Assembly (NCBI GenBank): GCA_963805625.1
Contig: CAWDVE010000002.1
Location: forward strand, 1 to 24,918
Direction of reading: 5' to 3'
DNA: 24,918 nt
Source of the DNA: an uncultured Candidatus Rokubacteria bacterium
Lineage (GTDB): Bacteria > Methylomirabilota > Methylomirabilia > Rokubacteriales > DASRDR01
Shown here: positions 9,815 through 17,912 of the stretch, piece after piece
Numbering within the stretch: position 1 is the stretch's first letter
Layout of the letters: every line of letters begins with the position of its first letter
Notes under the pieces: model-generated
Seen by the model: the letters and a program-made list of their open reading frames with translations, nothing else
What the model was told of the DNA's origin: nothing
The model's database searches: none
Translations under genes and position numbers: made by a program

Positions 9815-9986
9815 TGGTGAGCCGTGAAAGAATCGAACCTTCAACCTACTGATTAAGAGACCGACGGCGGGCGAGACCCACGCCAATCCAATCCAACGCA
9901 GACCAAGTGCTTTCATGGGTTTCGCCCGCCCTCTTCTGGGCCTGGTTGGGCAGGCACGTGTAGGTTCTCGGACAATTCTCGGACAC
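9815..9986 (-). repeat. att-like site copy 3: tRNA-Lys(CTT) 3' half (9815-9859) plus arm
   Basis: Reverse complement CTCTTAATCAGTAGGTTGAAGGTTCGATTCTTTCACGGCTCACCA, with no D-arm or 5' acceptor strand. Right flank matches 26-153; left flank GCCGCCCCCCGA matches 24862-24873. Confidence 0.9.
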
Positions 9987-10132
9987 CGCTCCACCGATCC
10001 TCGCCTTTCTTGGCTCACCCGAGGAGCCGGAGGCGCTTCGGACCACTACTCGCGCCCGCAGGCGAGACTGCTCTGACCCCGTAGCGGTCACCTTCCTTCG
10101 CGGCAATCACGCGGTGCCACGCGCTGGAGCGA

Positions 10133-10822
10133 CTACTTCAAGTTCTTGTCGAGGAACGCCATCGTGCGCTGCCATGCGGTCTCCGCCGCCTTGGCGTTGT
10201 ACTCCGCGAACGGCAGGATGTTCTTGCCGACCCGCGTCTCGTTCGCGAAGGCGTGGTTCGCCGCGTAGCGATGGAACTCGAACCTGACCTTCGCGTCCTT
10301 CAGTTTCTTCTCCAGCGCGTCCACGCCGGAAATCGCGAAGACCGGGTCGTCCGTCGCGAAATGCCCCAGGATCGGCGCCTTGATCTTGGACGGGTCCACG
10401 TACTCGAGCGGTGGATAGCCGTACCAGACCACTGCCGCGTCGGCCTCCGGCACATGGACTGCCGATAGCACCGTCAGCGCGCCGCCCATGCAGAATCCGG
10501 TGACGCCCACCTTCGCGCTCTTGCCCTTCAGGTGCTGCACCGCGCCGCGCACATCCTGTCCCGCCGCGTCGCCGAAATTCAGGCCCTTCATCAGGTGCTC
10601 GGCTTCTTCGGCCTCCACCGTGACCTTGCCGCGGTAGAGGTCCGGCACCAGCGCGCGGTAGCCGGCCTTCGCCAGGCGATCGGCCACGCCCTTGATCTGG
10701 TCGTTCAGGCCCCACCACTCCTGGATCACCACGATGCCCGGTGCGCCGGCCGCCGCGGGCTCGGCTAGGTAGCCGGAGACGCTTTTTCCGTCCGGCCGCT
10801 TGTAGCTGATCATTTGACCCAT
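10133..10822 (-). CDS. Dienelactone hydrolase family protein
   Basis: VIQEWWGLN, GFCMGG nucleophile motif, DD acid, HAF His. GGAGG RBS. Confidence 0.93.
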   Translation of the reverse strand: MGQMISYKRPDGKSVSGYLAEPAAAGAPGIVVIQEWWGLNDQIKGVADRLAKAGYRALVPDLYRGKVTVEAEEAEHLMKGLNFGDAAGQDVRGAVQHLKGKSAKVGVTGFCMGGALTVLSAVHVPEADAAVVWYGYPPLEYVDPSKIKAPILGHFATDDPVFAISGVDALEKKLKDAKVRFEFHRYAANHAFANETRVGKNILPFAEYNAKAAETAWQRTMAFLDKNLK

Positions 10823-10847
10823 GGGATACCTCCATTTACCCTCGATG

Positions 10848-11160
10848 TCATTCCACCACCCGGTCGGCGCGCAACAGGACGGACGGCACCGTGATCCGGA
10901 GCGCCTTCGCTGCTTTCGCGTTGATCACGACTTCGAACCTGGTGGGCTACACGATCGGCAGGTCCCCGGCCTCGACGTATTCGGACACGCCGTTGATGCT
11001 CGGCATGTGATGCTTGCGCGCGCGCTCGGCGAGTCGCCGGCGCTCGGAATAGACGAGCGGGCTGTGCACGACGAATACCCCACCGCGCTCTTTCGTCATG
11101 GCCACGGATGGCTGCGGCCAAGTCCTCTGCATTCTTGATCTCCAGGAGGTACAGCGCAAG
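10848..11160 (-). pseudogene. ABC transporter substrate-binding protein, 3' remnant
   Basis: EYVEAG is joined directly to DLPIV*PTRFEVVINAKAAKAL...LLRADRVVE*. About 30 aa are missing, with an internal stop and frameshifts. Confidence 0.8.
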
Positions 11161-11206
11161 AACCTAGCAAGGGACGCATCGCTCCTGGCTCTAACCAGGG
11201 CGGGAC

Positions 11207-11545
11207 TTAGCCTCCGTGAGACGCATCATGCACGATCAGCCGCCGCCACGCGGTCAGCCCCCGATACTTGTTCGCCGGCGTCAGCGCGACGGTGAGATCA
11301 CCGAGGGCGCGAGCCTGACACGAGAGGAACCACCCGTGCGTCTTTTCTTCCTCCGGGAGAACGGCGGCCGAGCAACGGCCGTGCTCGACCTGCCCGGAGA
11401 TGAGGCGCATCTTGCAGGTGCCGCAGCCGCCCCCTCGGCAACCGAAGGCGACGCTCGCCCCCGATCTGAGGATCGCGCCCAGCACGCTCTCCCCGACGCC
11501 ACACGCGACGACATCGCCGGCCGGGTTCAGCGTGATCGTGTACAC
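11207..11545 (-). CDS. Plant-type [2Fe-2S] ferredoxin, XylT-like
   Basis: GCRGGGCGTCK...FLSCQAR motif; directly downstream of catechol 2,3-dioxygenase. Alternative GTG start at 11596. Confidence 0.88.
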   Translation of the reverse strand: MYTITLNPAGDVVACGVGESVLGAILRSGASVAFGCRGGGCGTCKMRLISGQVEHGRCSAAVLPEEEKTHGWFLSCQARALGDLTVALTPANKYRGLTAWRRLIVHDASHGG

Positions 11546-11604
11546 CCCTGCCCCCGCCAGACGGTCCTCTTCTACATCGCGGGTCAGCGATCGCACGTGA
11601 CGGC

Positions 11605-12519
11605 CTACGTGTAGACGCTCAGGAATGTCTCGTTCAATTCTTGCGAATAGTAGAAGACCGCCGGCCCGATCTCGTCCATCGTCCACTTGATCGCGCGGCA
11701 GTCTGGATCCATCTGATACGAGGTGTAGCCGCCGAACGCCTCAAGCCGGTTGCCGGACGGATCGAAGAAGTAGATCGTGGTACCCCGGGTGATGCCGTGT
11801 CGACCCGGCCCGTAGTCGATCCGGGCCTTGTGCATCGTGAGGATATCCGCGGCGCGGAACAGCGCGTCGGCGGAGTCCACGACGAAGGCGGCGTGATGAA
11901 ACCCTCCCGCCCGCCCCGGGACGATCGCAATGTCATGCGGCGCCGGCCGCTGCCAGAGCCACGCGGCGACGGGAACTCCCTCCGGGTTGACGAGCATCTC
12001 GCTGATCCGGAATTCCAAGACTTCCTGAAAGAACTGAATGGCCTTGGGCGGCTCTGGCGCCGTCACCAGCGTGTGGTCCAGTCTCGGCGGGGCGATGCCC
12101 TTCAGACCTTCCGGCCACGGGGCCGGGTTGACCGTGGGCAGGACATTCCCCGTGTAGTCCATCTCGTTGTAGAGCTCCACCGTGTGTCCGGACGGCGCGG
12201 TGAACCGGAGCGCGCGGCCTCGCCGGTAGTCCTCCGGAATCACATCGTAGGGCACGCTGAACTGTCGGAGGCGACGCTCATAGTAGTCGAGGTCTTCGGG
12301 ATCCACCGTCCGGAACGCGAGCCGAACCATGCCCGCCCGATCGGCTTCGGTCAGCGCGACGGAGTACGCGTGGCGCTCGTCCCACCCCTTGAGGTAGGCG
12401 GTCTTCCCTTCGCGGGCCGTCAACTGCAAGCCCAGGACGTTGAGGTAGTAATCGAGGTCGCGATCGAGATCGAGGCTCCGGATCTCCACGATCCCCAGCC
12501 GAGAGATTCTGTACGGCAT
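11605..12519 (-). CDS. xylE: Catechol 2,3-dioxygenase (type I extradiol dioxygenase)
   Basis: YLKGWDE, PPRLDH, FHHAAF, GPGRHGITRGTTIYFFDPSGNRLE with His/His/Glu Fe ligands. 304 aa; purine-rich RBS. Confidence 0.92.
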   Translation of the reverse strand: MPYRISRLGIVEIRSLDLDRDLDYYLNVLGLQLTAREGKTAYLKGWDERHAYSVALTEADRAGMVRLAFRTVDPEDLDYYERRLRQFSVPYDVIPEDYRRGRALRFTAPSGHTVELYNEMDYTGNVLPTVNPAPWPEGLKGIAPPRLDHTLVTAPEPPKAIQFFQEVLEFRISEMLVNPEGVPVAAWLWQRPAPHDIAIVPGRAGGFHHAAFVVDSADALFRAADILTMHKARIDYGPGRHGITRGTTIYFFDPSGNRLEAFGGYTSYQMDPDCRAIKWTMDEIGPAVFYYSQELNETFLSVYT

Positions 12520-12666
12520 CTCGTCCCCCTTCCTGCATGGCATCGCCCTGCACCGCTATTCACCCGACTCGCCGGCCAGGCGAAGAACCTCCAACCTACC
12601 ACCCGTCCGATCCGGAAAGCGTCGCCGGTCGCTACAACTTCTTCATGCCCGGCGCCTCCTTTCCGG

Positions 12667-12763
12667 AAACCTGCGCGGCCCAAAGCCAGGTTCCTGACTC
12701 CCTCCCGGCCCGGCCGTCAGCCCAGCGGGCGCAATCCCACGGTGGCCGGACTCTAGCGCGCGG
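12667..12763 (-). repeat. ~97 bp conserved non-coding element, copy 1 (candidate promoter plus structured leader)
   Basis: Aligns with 19671-19768 with one indel. TAGAGT -10-like box near its 5' end. Confidence 0.8.
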
Positions 12764-12879
12764 CTCGAGATCGGTGCTAAGACAGCTGAGGTAGGCCGCT
12801 CCGCCGTCCCGACGGAGAGCGAAGCAGGCGCCGACGCAGGGCGGCGGCAGCGACCCCACCCGCCGGCGGGCGATGCGAC

Positions 12880-13453
12880 TCACGTATTCGGCGGTCCGCT
12901 ATTGGCCCTGGGCACGGATGCCGCCCCCGCAGCAAGCGCGAGGACGTCCCGCGTTCCAACGCCGACCGTCGAGGCGACCCGACCATCGGCGCCGACAAGA
13001 ACGGCGGACGGGGTTCCGCGAGCCCCGAACGCCTTCCCCACCGCGAAGCCTTCGTCGAGTACCACGGATGACTGCAGCCCGAGCGCTCGGTTCGCCTCTC
13101 CGTTGCGCGCGAGCGTCGCCCAGCCCACTGGCGAGGAGCGGAGTTGGCCGAAACAGCCACAACTGGGACGCTGGCCCCGGGCAAGGGCCGACCCCATCGC
13201 CGTCGTGAAGGCGAGAAGGAGGCTGAAGACTCCAAGAGCTCCCCCCCAGGCCGAGGCCCGAAACAGAAGCGCGAGGGGCGACGGCTAGCTCAGCCACCGG
13301 GAGCAGCCAGCCGAGCGGCCTCGCCAGCGCCGCCGGGAGCCCGAAGTCCGTCAACGCCTGCCGTGTGCCGGCCCGGTCGAAGAGCTGGGCAACACCCGCC
13401 ACGCCGAAGACACCGGTCAGAACGAGGCGCGAGCCGAGGAGGAGCCAATCCAC
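12880..13453 (-). pseudogene. MauE/DoxX membrane domain fused to a thioredoxin-like (MauD-like) domain; frameshifted and internally deleted
   Basis: RLVLTGVFGVAGVAQLFDR, AELAVA, SCGCFG, TLARNG (MauE), then AFGARGTPSAVLVGADGRVAS (Trx C-terminal half). Extra C near 13275-13278; the CxxC half is deleted near 13098. Confidence 0.8.
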
Positions 13454-13460
13454 GACGCGC

Positions 13461-13559
13461 AGTCTACCCGAAGCCCGCGAACGGGCAAGGGCGTCCCAAA
13501 GCGGGCCCCAAGCGCTCAACCCCCGCCGTTTGACCCCGTCTGCGCGGTCGTGCTACGGT
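13461..13559. promoter_or_regulatory. Candidate back-to-back sigma70 promoters
   Basis: Plus strand: TTGACC (13530-13535), 18 bp, TGc-TACGGT (13554-13559). Minus strand: TTGCCC (13488-13483), 16 bp, TAGACT (13466-13461), 7 nt before GTG 13453 (leaderless-like). Confidence 0.5.
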
Positions 13560-13607
13560 CGCTGCCGAGTCAGACCGTCACTCCCTCCACACCGGGAGGG
13601 ATCCTTC

Positions 13608-14090
13608 ATGAGCCAGGGCCCGACGCAACCGGCGGCGCGGACGAGTGGACTGGTGGTCAAGACGGCGGGCGACGAGGTGCTCGTCTACGACCTCGAGGCG
13701 CACAAGGCCCACAGCGTGAACGGGGTGGCGGCGGCGGTGTGGCGCCGCTGCGACGGCACGCGGGACGCCGCCCGGATCGCGGCTGACCTCCGGGAGGACG
13801 GTGTCGCGCCGGTCACCGAGGAGGCTGTGCGGTACGCACTCGGGGAGTTGGGGCGGGCCCGGCTCCTGGCGGGGCCGATGGCCGGGCCCGGACTGACCCG
13901 GCGGGAGCTTGTGCGGCGGCTCGGCACGGCGGCGGCGGTGGCGTTGCCCCTCGTGACGACGATCGTCGCCCCCACGGCCGCCCAGGCGCAGTCTTGTTTG
14001 CCGCAATTAGCGCCGTGCACCCAGAACTCGCAGTGCTGTTCGGGCTGTTGCGATCAGGTTGCCTGCGGCCCCCCTTCAGACTGCGCATAA
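13608..14090 (+). CDS. PqqD/RRE domain fused to an internal twin-arginine signal and an 8-Cys knottin-like peptide
   Basis: DEVLVYD...AHSVNGVAAAVWRRCDG...IAADL (PqqD fold), LTRRELVRR plus h-region plus AQA, then core CLPQLAPCTQNSQCCSGCCDQVACGPPSDCA. GGGAGGG RBS. Confidence 0.85.
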   Translation: MSQGPTQPAARTSGLVVKTAGDEVLVYDLEAHKAHSVNGVAAAVWRRCDGTRDAARIAADLREDGVAPVTEEAVRYALGELGRARLLAGPMAGPGLTRRELVRRLGTAAAVALPLVTTIVAPTAAQAQSCLPQLAPCTQNSQCCSGCCDQVACGPPSDCA

Positions 14091-14324
14091 CCACTATTCG
14101 CGACATCCGCCTTTTCGCGCCAGACGGTGCGCAGGTGGGAAATCCTGCCCGGCCGCACCCAGCCGCGTGGAACCGTGCATCGCGTCGTCGTTGAGGCCTT
14201 GTCTTGGCGGGAGGAGATCCGCAGCGCGCGGATCGCCGTCGGCGCAGGATGACGCGGGGTCAGGCGGCTTAACGACGAGGTCGCGGCTCGCCCGCGCCCT
14301 CCGAAGCGTGCCGCCCCGGCGGCC

Positions 14325-14695
14325 CTAAGAAACTGCACCCTCGAGCAGCTCGCCGGTTTCGCGATTGACGAGAGCGAGGCCGAGATTGGCGGCGCGCTGA
14401 CGCAAACGGCGAATGACGCGCTGGCGGTGCCGGGCGTCGTACGCGGCGGCTCCCGGATCACGGTAGACCAGGCCATCCTTGAGGGTGCGGTAGACGAGGA
14501 TCGCGAGCTTGCGGGCCGTCGCGGTAATCGCTTTGGCCTTGCCCACCCGGAAGGCCAAGCGGCGATAGAAGGCGCCGAGCGCGGTCTCGGTCCGGCCGAG
14601 GCTCATGGCGGCCATGCGCAGGATCCCCGCGGCGCGGTTGGCGGAAGGCGGCGTCGCAGAGCTGAGGAGGCGGCCGCCGGTGATCTTGTTGTGGG
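14325..14695 (-). mobile_element. IS110-family transposase, 3' fragment
   Basis: NKITGGRLLSS, LGAFYRRL, KAITATARKLAILVY, C-terminal ...GAVS*. The N-terminal DEDD domain is absent. Confidence 0.88.
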
Positions 14696-14782
14696 ACGCC
14701 AGAGTGACCCACAGCAGAGGGAGTGAGCCCCGGAGGCGCCGGTCCCCTCAGCGACGCAGGCCCTCGATGACCGGGGCGAGCA

Positions 14783-14948
14783 TCTCTGGCGATCGAGGCC
14801 GGGCGCCTGACCGCTCGCCCACATATCCCAAGCCTCCGAGAGGCCCCGCCGCACGAAGGCTTCATGGAGTTCGGCGAGTAATCTCCCCGCAGATTATCAG
14901 GATGCGCTGGACTTCGAGTATCACTCCGGTTGGCGACGCGGTGAAATG
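14783..14948 (+). pseudogene. Tyrosine integrase internal remnant
   Basis: Reads SLAIEAGRLTARPHIPSLREAPPHEGFMEFGE, then after a short frameshifting deletion NLPADYQDALDFEYHSGWRRGEM, containing the box I (S/T)GxRxGE catalytic Arg motif. Not in the ORF track. Confidence 0.72.
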
Positions 14949-14974
14949 CCGAGCGGTGACGAGAGGCCCGACGC

Positions 14975-15530
14975 TCACCGTCCAGGCAAGCCCAGCAAGG
15001 AGCGGGTCACCATCGCTTCGCTGTAGTGGGCCCAAGTGTGGGTGAGCCCCAGATACCCAAGGAAGAATCCCTTACTCCGGTCGGGTAGCTCGGCCCAGTA
15101 TCCCTCTCCCCAGCGTCCAGCCTCCCGGAACATCCGGTCCGTCTCGACCACCCGGATGTAGGTTGGATCGTTCACCGCGTCCAGATCCTCTGGGTGTAGA
15201 TCCCCGACGATCGAGCGGGTCCGCTGCTCGAGTCGTCCCCAGTAGGCGCGCAGCCCGTCCAGGTCGACCCTCGCGCTCAGCCCGGCCACCTCCTCGGCAG
15301 TCATCCCCGTTCCCAGATCGGCATCCGGCACGTTCAGGCGCCGCCCCCACCCTTCTTCGAAGAAGAGCTGCGGGCGATGGCCGACGAAGCGGCTGACCCC
15401 GAGGTCTTCCACGCGCGCGATGTGCCAGACAATCCAGGCGATGGAATTCACCCCCTCGACCGGGCGAGAGCGAATCTGATCATCGGTCAAGCCGCTCAGG
15501 AGCCCCTCGGCCACGGCCCGGTGAACGGGC
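14975..15530 (-). CDS. DinB-family protein, probably 5'-truncated
   Basis: NSIAWIVWHIARVED and THTWAHYSEA His motifs. No convincing start codon or RBS. Confidence 0.72.
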
Positions 15531-15797
15531 TCGGGCCGAGGGCAGAGGTTAGCGGGCGCACACCGGTGCTCGCCTCGGCGCCTGAGCATCCGCCGCTGCT
15601 TGGTTGGGACGTCAGCCGCGGGGCCCGCTCCTCCGGGAGCTTGCCGGGCCGGCCCGCGCCCGCTAGACTCCGGGCACGCACGATGGGTACGTAGCGCGGC
15701 CTTCTCCCTCTCGCGCGCCCGCGTCCACGGCCGTGGCGCGGGCGACGGTGCGCGAGCGGGCCGCCATCGACGGTCCCGCGAAACTCGAGGACACGCC

Positions 15798-17324
15798 ATG
15801 AACATCGGCTCCCTGCTCCCCCGGCACGCACGCTTTCGAGGCGATCGCACGGCGCTCGTCGTCGGTGAGCGGCGCTTGAGCTATCGGCAGCTCAATGTCT
15901 ATGTGAACCGGCTCGCCAGCGCGTTGCTCGCCGCTGGCCTGGGGAAGGGCGACAAATTCACCACCGTGCTCGGCAATGGCCTCGAGCTCATGGCGGCCTA
16001 CTGGGCGGCGGCCAAGACCGGCATTGTCATTGTCCCCGCAAGCCCGCTCCTCCAGGAGGCGGGGTTGGCCACGTTGCTGCGCGATTCCGATACGGTCATG
16101 GTGCTCGCTCACGTCTCCTTCGCCGACACCCTCGACCGCATCCGGGGCGCGCTGCCGCTCATCGGCGCCGACCGGTACATCCTCGTGGGTGCCGGCGGCA
16201 ACCGGCTCGGTTTCCGCGGTTACGACGGCTTCCTCGCCGCAGGCTCTGAGGCCGAGCCGCCGGAGGCTGACCTCGCCGATAACGACGTGTTCAATATCAT
16301 GTACTCGAGCGGGACGACGGGACTGCCCAAGGGCATCGTCCACACCCACTATGTGCGGGCGATGTACTGCATGATCTTCGCCCAGACGTTCCGCATCGTT
16401 CCGGAGAGCATCGTGCTCCACGCCGGGTCCATCGTCTTCAACGGGGCCATGGTCGATCTCATGCCGTGGATGTTCACCGGGGGCACCTACATCCTCCACG
16501 AGGCCTTCGATGCCGGGCGAGTGATCGAGACCATTCATGCCGAACGGGTGACCCACATGATCATGGTGCCGGCCCAGATCGTCGCCGTGCTGAATCACCC
16601 GGCCTTCGTCCCCGAGAAGCTCGCGAGCCTCGAAATGCTCCAGAACCTCGGCGCCCCCCTCCACCTCGAGTTTAAGCAGCGGATCAACGCGCTCCTGCCC
16701 GGCCGCTTCTACGAGCTCTACGGGCTGACGGAAGGCCTGATGACCGTCCTCGACAAGCAGGATGCCATGTCCAAGCTGGGTTCGGTCGGCTGCCCACCGC
16801 CGTTCATGGACATCAAGATCCTGCGGGAGAACGGGACCGAGTGCGGCCCCGGCGAAGTGGGGGAGATCTGCGGCCGGAGCCCGTGTCTCATGTCCGGCTA
16901 TTACAAGCGCCCGGATCTCACCGCGAAGGCGATCGTCGACGGGTGGCTCCACTCGGGCGATGCTGGCTATCTGGACGAGGACGGGTACCTCTTCCTCGTC
17001 GACCGCCTCAAGGACATGATCATCTCGGGCGGCGTCAACGTGTATCCGAAGGACATCGAAGAGGTGGTCGTCCGGCACCCGGCTGTGCGGGAGGCCGCCG
17101 TGTTCGGCGCCGCCGATGCTAGGTGGGGCGAAGTGCCAGTGGCGGCCGTGGTGCTAAAGAAGGGGGCCGCGGTCGGGCGGGACGACCTCATCGCCTGGAC
17201 CAACGGACGCGTAGCCGCCAAGTTCCAGCGTATTGCCGACGTCGTCTTCTTCGAAGAGTTCCCGCGCAATGTGGCCGGCAAGACCCTGAAGCGGGAGATG
17301 CGCGACACTTACGCGCGCCCCTGA
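15798..17324 (+). CDS. Acyl-CoA synthetase (AMP-forming, class I adenylate-forming enzyme)
   Basis: YSSGTTGLPKG, YGLTE, GWLHSGD, DRLKDMIISGG, PRNVAGK. GAGG RBS; 508 aa. Confidence 0.95.
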   Translation: MNIGSLLPRHARFRGDRTALVVGERRLSYRQLNVYVNRLASALLAAGLGKGDKFTTVLGNGLELMAAYWAAAKTGIVIVPASPLLQEAGLATLLRDSDTVMVLAHVSFADTLDRIRGALPLIGADRYILVGAGGNRLGFRGYDGFLAAGSEAEPPEADLADNDVFNIMYSSGTTGLPKGIVHTHYVRAMYCMIFAQTFRIVPESIVLHAGSIVFNGAMVDLMPWMFTGGTYILHEAFDAGRVIETIHAERVTHMIMVPAQIVAVLNHPAFVPEKLASLEMLQNLGAPLHLEFKQRINALLPGRFYELYGLTEGLMTVLDKQDAMSKLGSVGCPPPFMDIKILRENGTECGPGEVGEICGRSPCLMSGYYKRPDLTAKAIVDGWLHSGDAGYLDEDGYLFLVDRLKDMIISGGVNVYPKDIEEVVVRHPAVREAAVFGAADARWGEVPVAAVVLKKGAAVGRDDLIAWTNGRVAAKFQRIADVVFFEEFPRNVAGKTLKREMRDTYARP

Positions 17325-17378
17325 GCCGGCCCGTCCCTCGAGCACGGCCGTGGTGGCGCGAAGACCACGGCGCGTGGG

Positions 17379-17490
17379 ATGCCGTTCGGCCCCTATCGCG
17401 GCCTCGAGCTCACCGAGCTGCCCGACGTCCGTGCGCTGGAGCATCTGCGCGAGCCGCCGCGCGGCGCGGTCGCGCACGAGTACGTCTCCC
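17379..17490 (+). pseudogene. Possible remnant of a small phage-type MPFGxYRG protein (DUF3820-like)
   Basis: MPFGPYRGLELTELPD...LREPPRGAVAHE resembles the family N-terminus; short and degraded. Confidence 0.35.
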
Positions 17491-17542
17491 CGCTTCGGAT
17501 ACGTCTCGGCCGTGCTCGTCCCGCTCACGCCCGATGTGCTAG

Positions 17543-17912
17543 CGCTCCGCGACGTGACCGGAAACTGGACCGGCATCGACGCGCGGCCGGTGGCGGTGAA
17601 GAACTTCCTCGCCTACACCCTGCGACGCCTCGGCACCGACTACGTGGACGTCTACCGTCCGGGCCGGCTGGATCCCGCCGTGCCGATCGAGGAAACGGTC
17701 GGGGCGATCGCAGGGCTGGTGAAGTCCGGCCTCGTCCGCCACGTCGGGCTCTCGGAGGTCGGTTCGGCCACCATCCGGCGCGCGCACGCGGTGCACCCAA
17801 TCGCGGATCTCCAGATCGAGTACTCGCTGATCTCGCGCGGCATCGAGTCCGACATCCTTCCCACGTGCCGCGAACTCGGGATCGGCGTGACGGCCTACGG
17901 GGTGCTTTCGCG
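17543..17912 (+). pseudogene. Aldo/keto reductase internal fragment
   Basis: LRRLGTDYVDVY, PIEETVGAI, VGLSE, LQIEYSL, GIGVTAYGVLSR. Both ends are missing. Confidence 0.88.

Noticed and set aside
9815-9859. Functional tRNA-Lys gene
   Set aside because: Only the anticodon loop to CCA is present; the sequence 5' of it cannot form a D-arm or acceptor stem.
12667-12763. Known riboswitch or ribozyme (cobalamin B12-box-like GAGTCAGGAACCTG; hammerhead-like CTGACG...GAAA; Moco-like GGAAAGGAG)
   Set aside because: Only isolated sub-motifs match. The cobalamin core is absent, the hammerhead CUGANGA is broken (CTGACGG), and the Moco GCCTCC stem is absent.
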